Part shown: one piece after another, positions 27,529 through 36,856 of the stretch
How the letters are laid out: each line of letters starts with the position of its first letter
How positions within the stretch are numbered: position 1 is the first letter of the stretch
NCBI GenBank assembly: GCA_030754655.1
Contig: JASLZX010000001.1
Span: forward strand, 91,059 to 155,058
DNA length: 64,000 nt
Direction: 5' to 3'
Source of the DNA: Candidatus Poseidoniia archaeon
GTDB taxonomy: Archaea > Thermoplasmatota > Poseidoniia > MGIII > CG-Epi1
The notes under the pieces: generated by a model
Seen by the model: the letters and a program-made list of their open reading frames with translations, nothing else
Database searches by the model: none
What the model was told of the DNA's origin: nothing
Translations under genes and position numbers: made by a program

Positions 27529-27571
27529 GCAGGTGGGGCAAAAAGACTATTCAGGCCGCCTGTCGGGGGGC

Positions 27572-27952
27572 ATGAAGGAAATAGTCGAATCGCCCAACGC
27601 GCCGCCCCCCATTGGACCCTACTCACAGGCGGTCGCCGACGTCGGGCTGCTGTTCATGAGCGGACAGGTCGGCCGCCAGCACAACGTCGCCACGCTCGAA
27701 GCGGGCGTCGCGAAGCAGACCCGCCAGGCCATCCGCAACCTGCAGGCGGTGCTGGCGGAGCGCGGCCTCGCGCTGGCGGACGTGGTAAAGACCACAGTCT
27801 TTCTGCTCGATATGGATGACTTCGACGCGATGAACGCAGTTTATATAGAGATGTTCGGAGAGGATGCGGCGCCGGCGCGCTCCACCATCGAAGTGGTGCG
27901 GCTACCGCTGGATGCGCTGGTCGAGATTGACGCCATCGCCGTGCTGCGGTAG
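27572..27952 (+). CDS. ridA: RidA/YjgF-family reactive-intermediate deaminase
   Basis: MKEIVESPNAPPPIGPYSQAV…RSTIEVVRLPLDALVEIDAIAV is a typical RidA. The track ORF 27416.. is an upstream extension. Confidence 0.8.
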   Translation: MKEIVESPNAPPPIGPYSQAVADVGLLFMSGQVGRQHNVATLEAGVAKQTRQAIRNLQAVLAERGLALADVVKTTVFLLDMDDFDAMNAVYIEMFGEDAAPARSTIEVVRLPLDALVEIDAIAVLR

Positions 27953-28903
27953 ATGGACGTCACCCACCGTGCGGTCGCTTGGATGCTGCTCGCTAGCCTG
28001 GCGTTCGCCTCCGGCAGCGCGCTGGTGAAGTGGACCGCTGACCATGCGGGGGTCGCGACGGTGATTTTCGGCCGCAGTCTGGTCATCACGCTGGCACTAC
28101 TGGCGTGGTCCCGGCTGCGCGGCGCGTCGCTGCGGGTCGACGACCGCCGGCTGCTGCTCTGGCGCTGCACCGTCGGCCTCTCGGCGATGGCGTGCTATTT
28201 CTACGCGGTGCAGCAGATTCCGCTCTCGAACGCGGTGACGCTGCAATACACCGCGCCGCTCTTCGTCGCGCTATTCTCCGGGGCGATGCTGCGCGAGCGC
28301 GTCTCACCGCTGGTCTACGGTTGCATCGCGCTCTCGTTCGCCGGCACCGTGCTGATAGTATCCCCGTCGCTGCGAGGAGTCGAGCCGGGCGCGCTGGTCG
28401 CGCTCATCTCGGGCGTGCTCTCAGCGTTCGCCTATCTTGCCGTGCGCGGGCTGCGCACCAGCGCGTCGCCGGACGGGGTCGTTTTCTGGTTTGCGCTCTT
28501 CTGCACGCTCGTGACCCTGCCGCTGGCCGCCGCCAAATTACCGCAGCTGGCGCTGCCGGAAGCGCTCGCGATAATCGGCGTCGGCATCTGCGCTGGTGTC
28601 GGCCAGACGGGAATGACGCGCGCCTACCAAGCGGCCCGCGCAGCCTACATCGGCGCCTTCTCCTATGCGACGGTGCTCATCGGCGGGATTTACGGCTGCC
28701 AGCTCTTCCAGCAGTCGCTCGTCTGGGGCGACGCCATCGGCGCGGCGCTGATTGTCGGCAGTGGCGCGCTGCTCGTCAGCAGCGTGGGACAGGAGAAGCC
28801 GCAGGTCGCAGTTGCCGTAGGCGGGCGAGCCAGCTACGCGTCCCCGACCGTGACGAGCTGGTTGCCCATGCGCTCAGTGTCAAGCATATATTGTATGAAA
28901 TAG
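27953..28903 (+). CDS. EamA/DMT-superfamily transporter
   Basis: Ten predicted TM helices in a two-fold EamA repeat arrangement. 316 aa. Confidence 0.6.
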   Translation: MDVTHRAVAWMLLASLAFASGSALVKWTADHAGVATVIFGRSLVITLALLAWSRLRGASLRVDDRRLLLWRCTVGLSAMACYFYAVQQIPLSNAVTLQYTAPLFVALFSGAMLRERVSPLVYGCIALSFAGTVLIVSPSLRGVEPGALVALISGVLSAFAYLAVRGLRTSASPDGVVFWFALFCTLVTLPLAAAKLPQLALPEALAIIGVGICAGVGQTGMTRAYQAARAAYIGAFSYATVLIGGIYGCQLFQQSLVWGDAIGAALIVGSGALLVSSVGQEKPQVAVAVGGRASYASPTVTSWLPMRSVSSIYCMK

Positions 28904-29847
28904 CGCGCCCGCGCGCCTTGGTCGTCGGTCAGGACGCTGCGGTCGCCGTAGCGGCTCATCAGGTTCTCGAGTGACGGCGAGTGCTGCTCCGGGGTGCAGT
29001 CGGGGTACTCGCTCTCCTCCTGGCTTGGCTTCTCGCCCTGGTAGAGGTCGCTGGCGTCGCAGCCGATATCCTCTTCGCACCACTGGTAGCAGTCGTATGG
29101 CGTGCCGCAGACGAAGTCGCCAGTGCGGTAGCACTGCTCATTCGGGACCACCCAGTCGGCGGTCCAGGAACTCGCCCTCTCAAGGTCGGAGTCGGAGTCT
29201 GTGTATTCGTGGTACTGGTGGGTGTGGTAGAGCCCGGTGAAGTGGCCCAGCTCGTGCGACGGGATGTAGCTGGTCTCGAAGGTGGACGCCCGCACGAAGG
29301 TGGCGTAATAGGTCTGGTCATGCCAGGGATACATACTGTAGGCGCCCCAGCCGTCGGTTATCAGGACGATGTTCACGTTGCTGAAGTTGTAGTGTTGTTC
29401 GAACTCCGCGCCCAGCGCCGAGACCGGGACACCGTCGCCGAAGTCACCTCTCGCCCCGCCGCTGCTGTTCCCGACAGTCCCGGTCTCGCCTTCCTGCTCA
29501 TCCTCGACGTCAGGGAAAGCGCGGTCGACATTGATCATCTCCCCCAGCGCGAAGTTGATGCCGTGCGGGTTGAAGACGCTGTTAATCAGCTCGAGCCCCG
29601 CCAGGAGCGAGGTCTCGTTGGAAATGTAGCTGACGTTGTCGTTGTCCCGGTAAACGAAGAATGTAACCGCGAGTGTCTTCACCGGCCCGCCATCGCAGTC
29701 CAGTCCGGGATAGGGCGCAGTCTCCGAAACTTGGAGCCAGTACTGTTGTTCGTTGCACGGCTCATCCTCGTCGGGCTCGCCGTTCAGGCAGCCGGAGAGC
29801 GCCGTGGCGAGCAGGATTAGCGTGAGCAGTAGCGGGGCGCTGCGCAT
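28834..29847 (-). CDS. Secreted lipoprotein, metzincin zinc metalloprotease (M43/pappalysin-cytophagalysin-like)
   Basis: Signal peptide plus lipobox-like LSGC. HELGHFTGLYH matches the metzincin HExxHxxGxxH signature and resembles the M43 HEIGHWLGLYH. Cys-rich C-terminus. Confidence 0.6.
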   Translation of the reverse strand: MRSAPLLLTLILLATALSGCLNGEPDEDEPCNEQQYWLQVSETAPYPGLDCDGGPVKTLAVTFFVYRDNDNVSYISNETSLLAGLELINSVFNPHGINFALGEMINVDRAFPDVEDEQEGETGTVGNSSGGARGDFGDGVPVSALGAEFEQHYNFSNVNIVLITDGWGAYSMYPWHDQTYYATFVRASTFETSYIPSHELGHFTGLYHTHQYHEYTDSDSDLERASSWTADWVVPNEQCYRTGDFVCGTPYDCYQWCEEDIGCDASDLYQGEKPSQEESEYPDCTPEQHSPSLENLMSRYGDRSVLTDDQGARARYFIQYMLDTERMGNQLVTVGDA

Positions 29848-29892
29848 AGTGAGGAACCCGGGCGCGCGATGATAAACCCTTTCCGCCCGCCT

Positions 29893-30654
29893 TCAGGCAA
29901 CGCGGGTAATCATCTCCGGAGTTATGCCGTGCTCAGTGACGGCGTAGATTAGCACAGCTGCCTTCTCCGGGTGGTTACGAATCTTCTTGATAATCATGCG
30001 ATTCTCGAACTCGGCAGCCATGCGCCCTACTTCGAGCTCGACAATGACGTCGGCGACAGCCTCAATCTGGCTCTGCGTCTTCGAATCGTGCGCGTCCTGC
30101 GAGACGGTGTAGAGCACGAGGCCGCCGTTAGCTTGCGCGTATTCCTTGATGGTCCGCATCGACGAGAGTACCTCAGCCAGCGAGTAATACTGCAGGAAGA
30201 AATCGAGCGAATCGACGACAACCCGGAAGGGCGAGCGCAGCTTCGAGATTTCGTACGCCATGTCTGAGACGAAGTTAATCTGGTCAGCAGTCGCACCGTA
30301 GGCGCCGACGTTGCGCAGCTCGCTTACCGAAAGCCCCTCCTGCTTGAAGCGGGAGGCCTGCAGGTCGCGCGCCAGAACCTTCTCGAAATACTGGGTGCCG
30401 ATGTTGACAATCCGCATGTCGGTAGGCCAGTTGTAGTGCTCGAAAGTCTCAACCAGCTCCTCGGAGGTTTCGTCGGTCGAGAAATAGACGACATTCTCGG
30501 CGCCGACACCCGCCGCAGCGTACTGCTTGGCGAGCAGCTCCTTGCCCGCCCCGGAGGTGCCCGCAATCAAGATTGAGCTCCCCATCTTGAATCCCTTGCC
30601 CTCTATCAACGCCGCGTCGAGGCGGGGGATGCCGCAGGTTACGATTTCAGCCAT
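29893..30654 (-). CDS. KaiC/RecA-like single-domain ATPase paralog with degenerate Walker A (GTSGAGKE)
   Basis: RecA-fold protein. The P-loop reads GTSGAGKE (Glu instead of Ser/Thr). Walker-B-like FRVVVDSLDF. The ATG overlaps the upstream gene end by 8 nt. Confidence 0.6.
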   Translation of the reverse strand: MAEIVTCGIPRLDAALIEGKGFKMGSSILIAGTSGAGKELLAKQYAAAGVGAENVVYFSTDETSEELVETFEHYNWPTDMRIVNIGTQYFEKVLARDLQASRFKQEGLSVSELRNVGAYGATADQINFVSDMAYEISKLRSPFRVVVDSLDFFLQYYSLAEVLSSMRTIKEYAQANGGLVLYTVSQDAHDSKTQSQIEAVADVIVELEVGRMAAEFENRMIIKKIRNHPEKAAVLIYAVTEHGITPEMITRVA

Positions 30655-31204
30655 CTGTGTTTTCGATGTAGCGGTCGGTCAGGGTCTTCAGCATTGAGGC
30701 CAGGTCGTCACTGGTCTGTTCCTCCACCGTAAGCATCATGGTATACGTCTTGCGGAGCCGCATGGTGTTGGCGAGGACGTTAATGAATTCTTTCAGGACC
30801 CGGCTCTCGGAATAGATGGTGAGGCCGTTAACCGAGTCAAACATTACGAAGTGCCGCTTGGCCTTGATGCGCCGCTCGAGCAACCCGATATTGAGCAGCA
30901 CCGACTCGAGCATTGTGGGCGACTCGATGAACATGGTACGTGGGTCCTCAGTCTCGCCACCAACAGTGAGCGAAATCATATCCACGAAATAGAGGTCGCC
31001 TAGGTCAGCCTTGATTTTCTCGAGGTCGGCGATGATGCTAGCTGAGGGCCGGGTCGTGGTAATGTATATGCCACCCAGCTTTTTGCTCAGCAGGTGCTTT
31101 ACGATTTCAGTCGACGTGGGGCGATAATTGTCAGAGTTGAGTGAAACCGTCGTCAGGGCGTCGCCCTCCTTGATGCTTGCGACCACTTGCTTGAGGACGT
31201 TCAT
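30647..31204 (-). CDS. KaiC/RecA-like domain protein lacking a P-loop (pseudo-ATPase)
   Basis: RecA-like topology with a Walker-B-like HFVMFDSVNGL but no GxxxxGK[ST]. Start at MNVLKQ. Its ATG overlaps the upstream stop (ATGA). Confidence 0.45.
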   Translation of the reverse strand: MNVLKQVVASIKEGDALTTVSLNSDNYRPTSTEIVKHLLSKKLGGIYITTTRPSASIIADLEKIKADLGDLYFVDMISLTVGGETEDPRTMFIESPTMLESVLLNIGLLERRIKAKRHFVMFDSVNGLTIYSESRVLKEFINVLANTMRLRKTYTMMLTVEEQTSDDLASMLKTLTDRYIENTDG

Positions 31205-32022
31205 GTGAATACCTGCCCCGTGTCCTGTCCCCACTTGAGCAACGGCACGATACTGAGCCCGATCGGCGTCAGCTCCACCAGCTGCCGTGAGCGCGAGTGC
31301 TTGGCACCCCGCATCTTGACCACTTGCAGCGTGCGTAGCAGGTCCCCCTGCCGCTGGACGTTCCCCATCAGGATAACTCCGTCAGCGACCGCTTCTTCAA
31401 CGCCGAAGATGGAGTAGGTCTGCGTACGCGCGTCGACGACAGTCTCAGAGATGAGCAGGGTGGTACAACCGAAGGTCGCCAAGAACTGTCCCAGCCGGAA
31501 AATGAAGTTACGGATGGCTCCCTTGTCGGGGAGCTGGTAGCAGATAGCGGTAATCGAGTCAATCACCAGTCGCGTAATCTGGAGTTCGTCGACGATATCC
31601 TCGAACGCCCCTAGCAGTGCCTCCATGTCCTTGGAGGTGTACGAGCCATCGAGCCGCTCGACTCCCAGTCGGTCGTTGATAATCCCGAGGTCGAAGACAT
31701 TCAGCTTCCCCTCGGTGACCAGCGAATCTTCGAAAAACCCGTAAGTTCGCAGGTTCTCCAGCATCTTGGAGGAGGGCTCGGTAACCGAGATGTAACAGGT
31801 GGTCTCGCCATTCTTGGCACCGTTAATCAGGTACTCCATTGCCAGCGTGGTCTTTCCCGAGCCGACGGTGCCTGCCAACAGAGTAGTGTTACCGATGGGG
31901 ATGCCGCCGTTGAGGATGCGGTCCAACCCATCAATGTGGGTCTTGGACTTCTCGCGCGGCCGGCCGCCGCGGGGGTCCAGCATCACCCTCTTCGGTTTTA
32001 CGTTTTCTTCCGCCACGTTCAT
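31201..32022 (-). CDS. KaiC-like ATPase (canonical Walker A/B)
   Basis: GIPIGNTTLLAGTVGSGKTTLA (Walker A) and TRLVIDSITA (Walker B). Start at MNVAEENVKPKRVMLDPRGG. The track ORF extends to 32157 from a GTG. Its ATG overlaps the upstream stop (ATGA). Confidence 0.65.
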   Translation of the reverse strand: MNVAEENVKPKRVMLDPRGGRPREKSKTHIDGLDRILNGGIPIGNTTLLAGTVGSGKTTLAMEYLINGAKNGETTCYISVTEPSSKMLENLRTYGFFEDSLVTEGKLNVFDLGIINDRLGVERLDGSYTSKDMEALLGAFEDIVDELQITRLVIDSITAICYQLPDKGAIRNFIFRLGQFLATFGCTTLLISETVVDARTQTYSIFGVEEAVADGVILMGNVQRQGDLLRTLQVVKMRGAKHSRSRQLVELTPIGLSIVPLLKWGQDTGQVFT

Positions 32023-32444
32023 TCCTCGATAATGTACTGGTCGATAAGGTACTGGCGGACCCGCTTTTTCAACGTTCTCTCGGTAATTCCTTCTTCCTGA
32101 GCAGTGTCGTGGACATTCTGTAGTTCTCGCTGCACTTCCACCGGGAGCTCGGCCCACTCAACCGGGGGCTTCTTCGGCAGCAGCCCGCGCAGGTCAACCG
32201 GGTTGGCATCAGCGAAGACGGAGGCGAAGCGCTCGCGCACGCGTTCCTCGAAGTATTTTTCCGCCTCCCGCTCGCACTCGTTATATGTCTTGACCAGCTG
32301 CTCTTCGATGACTGGCCCGAGGTCTTCCATGAAGACTCCCGTGGGCAGGAAAGGATGGTACCAGCTACCATCCTCGTGCAATACATCCAGATGCGTGCGG
32401 TTGTACGCGTCAATCAGCGGCGTCTCGTATTCTTCCTTTGCCAT
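32019..32444 (-). CDS. Hypothetical 141-aa protein, first gene of the KaiC-like operon
   Basis: MAKEEYETPLIDAYNRTHLDVLHEDGSWYHPFLPTGVFMEDLG… No family I recognise. A TATA-like catatatgg sits about 25 nt upstream (around 32465-32475 on the coding strand). Confidence 0.4.
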   Translation of the reverse strand: MAKEEYETPLIDAYNRTHLDVLHEDGSWYHPFLPTGVFMEDLGPVIEEQLVKTYNECEREAEKYFEERVRERFASVFADANPVDLRGLLPKKPPVEWAELPVEVQRELQNVHDTAQEEGITERTLKKRVRQYLIDQYIIEE

Positions 32445-32487
32445 GCCTCGTCCCGGAGCCCGTCGAGGACCGCGCCATATATGAGGA

Positions 32488-34620
32488 TTAGCCTCCGCCC
32501 AGCAGCGGCAATACGTAGTAGATGGCGAGTACAGTCCCCATTAGTGCCTCGCCCACAATCAGTCCGGTCGCAATCATGTAGGTATTGAGTAGCTTCAGCG
32601 TGCGCCCCTTCTCGCCGAGGCCGTCGCGCTCGACCGCTGGCTCTAGCACTTTCAGCTCCCACAGGTCACGCATTGCCCCGCCGACGACCATCGGCAGCGT
32701 CACCACCATCGGCAGGTACATTCCCAGCCCGAAGGCGGTCCCCATCCCGGTCAGCAGCTCCATGAATATGCCGATGCCGAAACCGAGCCCCAGCAGCTGC
32801 CACGGCGTCTCGCCACCGAGCATAATCTGCGCGAAAGCGGCGAATGCGTTCGCCTGCGGTGCGTAGAGCACCAGTTCGCCCTTCGCGAGCGCCAGCGAGA
32901 GGATGCCGGCAAACAGCGCCGAGACGATGGTGCCAGGGATGATGCCGACCAGTTCGGTCTTCATGATGTGCATCGGCCGGTTGCCGACGTAGAGCGCCGC
33001 CTTGTAGTCGCCAATCACGGTTCCCGACATCGAGATGGCGCCGCCGAAGACGGTCGTACCGACCAGCGAAAGCAGTGCCGCATCGCTCGCCGCGAGTCCC
33101 AGCAGGTTCTTGAAAATCAGCACCAGCATCAGCAGCACGATGAACGAAGTGCCCGATACGGGCTCGATGCTGGTCTCGCCCATCACCTTCACGGCAATCG
33201 CGCCAAGCGCGAAAGTCGTCAGGCAGAGCACCAGCGCAAAGACGAAGGAGGGGATGAAGCCAAACTCGGTCGCGAACACTAGCGTGATGCCGACCAGCGT
33301 CACCACCAGCATCACGGGAATATGCGTCACTGGCCACTCATACCAGCCTTTGCCCTCGACGTAGTCGCGCCGCGCGACATCGTCGCCTCCGGCAAAAATG
33401 GCGATAACGTCCGCCGCGGTGGTGCGGAAGACCGGGGCCATCTTCAGTAGCGCGGTGATGCCGCCGCCCAGGATGGCACCAATCGCCATCGGGCGCGCGA
33501 CGTAGGCATACGATTTCAGCGACGCCGCGGGGTAGGCAGAGACGGCGTGGTAGAGCCCGTCGACAGGGTAATAAAAAGGATAATCAAGGGCGAACGCCAT
33601 CGGCGTCACGACGAACCATGTGAAAAACGTCCCGAGGCTCACCAGCATTGCGACACGGAATTTCATGAACCAGCCGATGGCGCCCATCAGTGGAGTGAAC
33701 TCGAAGCCGAGCCAGGTGTAGTTGGTGATTCCTGAGTCGAACGGCACCATCAGGTCGCCGCCCTCATAGTAGCGTGAGACCCCCAGTTCGTGCGCTCCCT
33801 TGTCGAGCACCGAGGTGCGAATAGGGTCGCCTGCGACGTCAACCGCGCTGGTGGAGAAAACCGGGAAGTCGCGCAGGAAAGTGAAAATCCCGACCAGCAG
33901 GGTCGAGATTCCGACCAGCCAGATTGAGTGGCGTGCGCTCTCGACCGACCCGGTCGAGGTCTCGCGTGCGATGTCCATCAGCTTGACGTTGGCTTCGAAG
34001 CCCGGCAACGGCAACGGATCTTCGACTAGCCATACTCTCCGAAAGATGATGAAGTAGAGCACGCCCAGCATCCCGCCCAGGATTGAAGCCACCAGCGCCA
34101 CCCCCGCCAGCACCCACGATTCGGGCAGCAGTAGCGAGGCGTCGACGAGATGGCTGCCGTCCGCCATGCGGTATTTCGAGGAGTAGGCGAGCAGATAGAT
34201 GGCGGGATACGTAAACACGAAACCAGTGCAGACCATTGAGGCACCGGTCGAGGCGGAGGCGGAGAGGTTCACTTCGCCCGGGGTCCAGCGTAGCGCCATC
34301 GCCGCAAGGTAGGCGACGTACCACGAGCCGGAGACGATCATCCCGACCTTGAGCCCGACGTACTGGTTGATGACCGCGAACAGGATGCCGATGACCAGCC
34401 CCAGCATAATCTGGTCCCACTTCCAAGTCGTCGAACCGAAGCCGTCGGTGCGCGACTTCTCCTCGAGATATTCCTCCAGCACCTCGGTGTTGAAGTTGGA
34501 GTACATCTCGGGGTCGAAGTAATCGAGCGTCCCCTCTTCGATAGCGCGCAGCCCTTCGGGGGTCGGCGGCTGCCGATACGGTGACGTCCTTACTTTTGCC
34601 ATGCGGGAACGACTCTGCAC
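32488..34620 (-). CDS. OPT-family oligopeptide transporter
   Basis: 710 aa with 16 or more TM helices and OPT-like conserved blocks (…GLKVGMIVSGSW…, …NLLGLAASDAALLSL…). Confidence 0.75.
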   Translation of the reverse strand: MQSRSRMAKVRTSPYRQPPTPEGLRAIEEGTLDYFDPEMYSNFNTEVLEEYLEEKSRTDGFGSTTWKWDQIMLGLVIGILFAVINQYVGLKVGMIVSGSWYVAYLAAMALRWTPGEVNLSASASTGASMVCTGFVFTYPAIYLLAYSSKYRMADGSHLVDASLLLPESWVLAGVALVASILGGMLGVLYFIIFRRVWLVEDPLPLPGFEANVKLMDIARETSTGSVESARHSIWLVGISTLLVGIFTFLRDFPVFSTSAVDVAGDPIRTSVLDKGAHELGVSRYYEGGDLMVPFDSGITNYTWLGFEFTPLMGAIGWFMKFRVAMLVSLGTFFTWFVVTPMAFALDYPFYYPVDGLYHAVSAYPAASLKSYAYVARPMAIGAILGGGITALLKMAPVFRTTAADVIAIFAGGDDVARRDYVEGKGWYEWPVTHIPVMLVVTLVGITLVFATEFGFIPSFVFALVLCLTTFALGAIAVKVMGETSIEPVSGTSFIVLLMLVLIFKNLLGLAASDAALLSLVGTTVFGGAISMSGTVIGDYKAALYVGNRPMHIMKTELVGIIPGTIVSALFAGILSLALAKGELVLYAPQANAFAAFAQIMLGGETPWQLLGLGFGIGIFMELLTGMGTAFGLGMYLPMVVTLPMVVGGAMRDLWELKVLEPAVERDGLGEKGRTLKLLNTYMIATGLIVGEALMGTVLAIYYVLPLLGGG

Positions 34621-34632
34621 ACGGTGCCGCGG

Positions 34633-35049
34633 TTAAACCGGTTTGGGGGCGGGCTCGACCAGTTCCAGCAGCACCCCCCCAGTGTCGCGCGGGTGGAAGA
34701 ACGCGACGCGCATCCCCTCGGTGCCGTCGCGAACCTCGCCGCCCAGAGGCTCCAACCCGGCGGCGCTGCAACGCTGTAGCGCTGTCGTCAAGTCAGGAAC
34801 CTCAAGTGCGATATGGTGCAATCCGGGCCCCTGCCGTTCCAGGAAGCGGCCGACGGGCGTATCGCCAGCGAGCGGCTCGAGCAGCTCCACCTCACCCCCA
34901 CCAGCTGTTAGGTGCGCGGTGCGCACTCCCTCGGATGGGATGTCCTCGGTATGCCGCAGTTCGAGGCCCAGAGCTTTCCACAGCGGCAGCGCCGCGTCAA
35001 TGGATTCGACCGCTACCGCCACGTGACGCAGCCGTGTCTTTTCACCCAC
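34633..35049 (-). CDS. VOC/glyoxalase-fold protein, methylmalonyl-CoA epimerase-like
   Basis: 138 aa. RHVAVAVESIDAALPLW…HHIALEVPDL…GVLLELVE is the tandem beta-alpha-beta-beta-beta VOC pattern typical of MCE. Confidence 0.6.
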   Translation of the reverse strand: MGEKTRLRHVAVAVESIDAALPLWKALGLELRHTEDIPSEGVRTAHLTAGGGEVELLEPLAGDTPVGRFLERQGPGLHHIALEVPDLTTALQRCSAAGLEPLGGEVRDGTEGMRVAFFHPRDTGGVLLELVEPAPKPV

Positions 35050-35310
35050 GTAGCGTGAAGGTCGCGGCTAAATAGGTGTTTGCCGCGTCTACTCGCGTGC
35101 ACAGAACTAGATATTGCAGAATTCTGTGGTCACAGAATCACTCTCCCACACTCAGCCTTCTCCTGATTTTATCGATGATATTTTCCGGGCTTTACTACCT
35201 GCCTCATAATGCTGAAGCACAAGGTACCCCGGAGTACAATGATGTTAGCAATGGTCTACCCACACAAGGTCTCTGGGTTTCCAAGGTCCGGCTTCATGAT
35301 ATTGACGAGG
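35050..35310. promoter_or_regulatory. Low-GC divergent intergenic region with clustered palindromes
   Basis: gcacagaactagatattgcagaattctgtggtcacagaatcac contains the perfect palindrome cagaattctg and the near-palindrome tctgtggtcacaga. The track ORF 35076..35330 lies inside and is probably not a gene. Confidence 0.35.
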
Positions 35311-36048
35311 ATGAGTTTGAGTGGGACTAGTCACGTGACCCTGCCCCCGGAAGACCACCCGAGATACAAATCCCTCATGGCCCGTGAGAAGTTGGTAGAA
35401 GCTGCTGATGCCGTCGCCAGGCAGGGATTGATTGCCCATGGGAGAGGCGAGGCGTTCGATTACCTGTTAGGTGAACAAACCTGTCCGCCCGCGATGGATG
35501 CAATCAGGGCCGCCGCATCCATGATGCTTGGTGCCACCAACCCAGTTATTTCGGTCAACGGGAATGTTGTCGCGCTGGCAGCCAGAGAAGTTGCACATCT
35601 TTCCGAGGTAAGTGGCGCCAAAGTCGAAATAAACCTGTTCCACCGAACTCCGGAACGGGTTGCAGCCTTGACCAGGATGATGGGTGATGCCGGGGTAAAG
35701 GCACTTGGGGAGAATGATGATGCTAATATCCCTGGATTAACGTCTGAAAGGGCAAAATGCTGCTCAGATGGAATAGGTTCAGCTGATGTCATTCTTGTTC
35801 CACTTGAGGATGGGGACCGTTGTCGAGCTCTGGTGGATATGGGAAAGCAGGTGATTACTATTGATCTAAACCCCCTTTCAAGAACGGCTCAAACTGCCCA
35901 TGTCACAATAGTTGACGAACTGACGCGGTGTCTGCCACTATTGACTGAGTCCGTCCGTGACGGGGCCGAGGTCGAGGATTTTGATAACAAAAAAAATCTG
36001 CAAAAGGTAATTGGCTTTATTTCTGATAGACTTTCAAGAACGGAATAG
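35311..36048 (+). CDS. Archaeal 4-phosphopantoate-beta-alanine ligase (phosphopantothenate synthetase, COG1701) candidate
   Basis: Motifs HPRY…REKL and [14 protein letters not shown], which I associate with archaeal PPS. Start chosen at MSLSGTSH…; the track ORF starts at 35209. Confidence 0.45.
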   Translation: MSLSGTSHVTLPPEDHPRYKSLMAREKLVEAADAVARQGLIAHGRGEAFDYLLGEQTCPPAMDAIRAAASMMLGATNPVISVNGNVVALAAREVAHLSEVSGAKVEINLFHRTPERVAALTRMMGDAGVKALGENDDANIPGLTSERAKCCSDGIGSADVILVPLEDGDRCRALVDMGKQVITIDLNPLSRTAQTAHVTIVDELTRCLPLLTESVRDGAEVEDFDNKKNLQKVIGFISDRLSRTE

Positions 36049-36062
36049 CCCGAGCAAAATGG

Positions 36063-36137
36063 TGCTCCCGCCGGGATTCGAACCCGGGTGTTCGGCTCGA
36101 GAGGCCGAGATGATGGGCCGGACTACACCACGGGAGC
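36063..36137 (-). tRNA. tRNA-Glu (anticodon CTC); 3' CCA genomically encoded (36060-36062)
   Basis: The reverse complement folds as a cloverleaf: acceptor GCTCCCG/CGGGAGC, anticodon stem TCGGC/GCCGA with loop CTCTCGA, T-arm CCGGG-TTCGAAT-CCCGG. A BRE/TATA-like gacgaaagctattaagg lies about 25 nt upstream. Confidence 0.8.
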
Positions 36138-36210
36138 GCCGGCCCGGCTGCGGGCTTTCACCTTAATAGCTTTCGTCAGAGCGTGCGCCGGCGTGCACGC
36201 CGGCACGCGC

Positions 36211-36831
36211 TCACTCGGCGATGAGCACCGCGCGCACCGGCGAGGCGTCGGCGCCCTCCAGCCGCAGCGGGAAGGCGGCCAGTGTGTAGCGGCCGGGGGC
36301 GACGTGCTCCAGCACCAGCCCTTCGAGGATGGCAATGTCGTGGTCAGCGGCCGCGCGGTGCGCCGGGAGGTCCTCCGACTCCTGCGGGTCAATCGAGGGC
36401 GTGTCGATGCCGACCAGCCGCACCCCCTGCGCGTGGAGCGACTCGATGAGTTCGGCGGAGAGGCTGGCGAAGTCCGGGGTCCACCGCTCAGGGTCGGGGA
36501 ACGACCCGGTGCGGAAGAGCACGCGCGGCGTTTCCACCAGCACATCGAGGTCGCCGGGGCGGATGCGGCCGCTGCGCTTCGCGAGCGCGATGACTTGGCA
36601 GGCGCCATAGCAGGTTTCCAGTTCCATCGCGTCAATTCCCGGTGCGTCGGCGGCGCAATGGCCTGGCGCGTCAATGTGTGCGCCGAGGTGCAGGGTGGTG
36701 CGCAGCGCGCTCAGGCTGACGCTGTCGCCCGCCTCGCGGCTGGTACTGTCGGTGCGGGAGTAGGGAATGTCGCCGGGCCAGACGCGGATGCGCTCGGAGA
36801 TCAGCGGCGAGATGTCGATGAGGCGAACCAT
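36211..36831 (-). CDS. Cyclase-family protein (kynurenine formamidase-like metal hydrolase)
   Basis: HLGAHIDAPGH is the HxGxHxDxPxH cyclase/arylformamidase motif. Start at MVRLIDISPL. The promoter-like element cgacgaaaactattaacg sits about 20-35 nt upstream. Confidence 0.65.
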   Translation of the reverse strand: MVRLIDISPLISERIRVWPGDIPYSRTDSTSREAGDSVSLSALRTTLHLGAHIDAPGHCAADAPGIDAMELETCYGACQVIALAKRSGRIRPGDLDVLVETPRVLFRTGSFPDPERWTPDFASLSAELIESLHAQGVRLVGIDTPSIDPQESEDLPAHRAAADHDIAILEGLVLEHVAPGRYTLAAFPLRLEGADASPVRAVLIAE

Positions 36832-36856
36832 GCCGCCCGCCCGGCGTTTGCGGTCG

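Noticed and set aside
35076-35330. 84-aa ORF in the low-GC spacer upstream of the putative phosphopantothenate synthetase
   Set aside because: It is short, has no recognisable motifs and sits in what looks like a promoter/operator region with palindromes. It is kept only as a regulatory-region feature.
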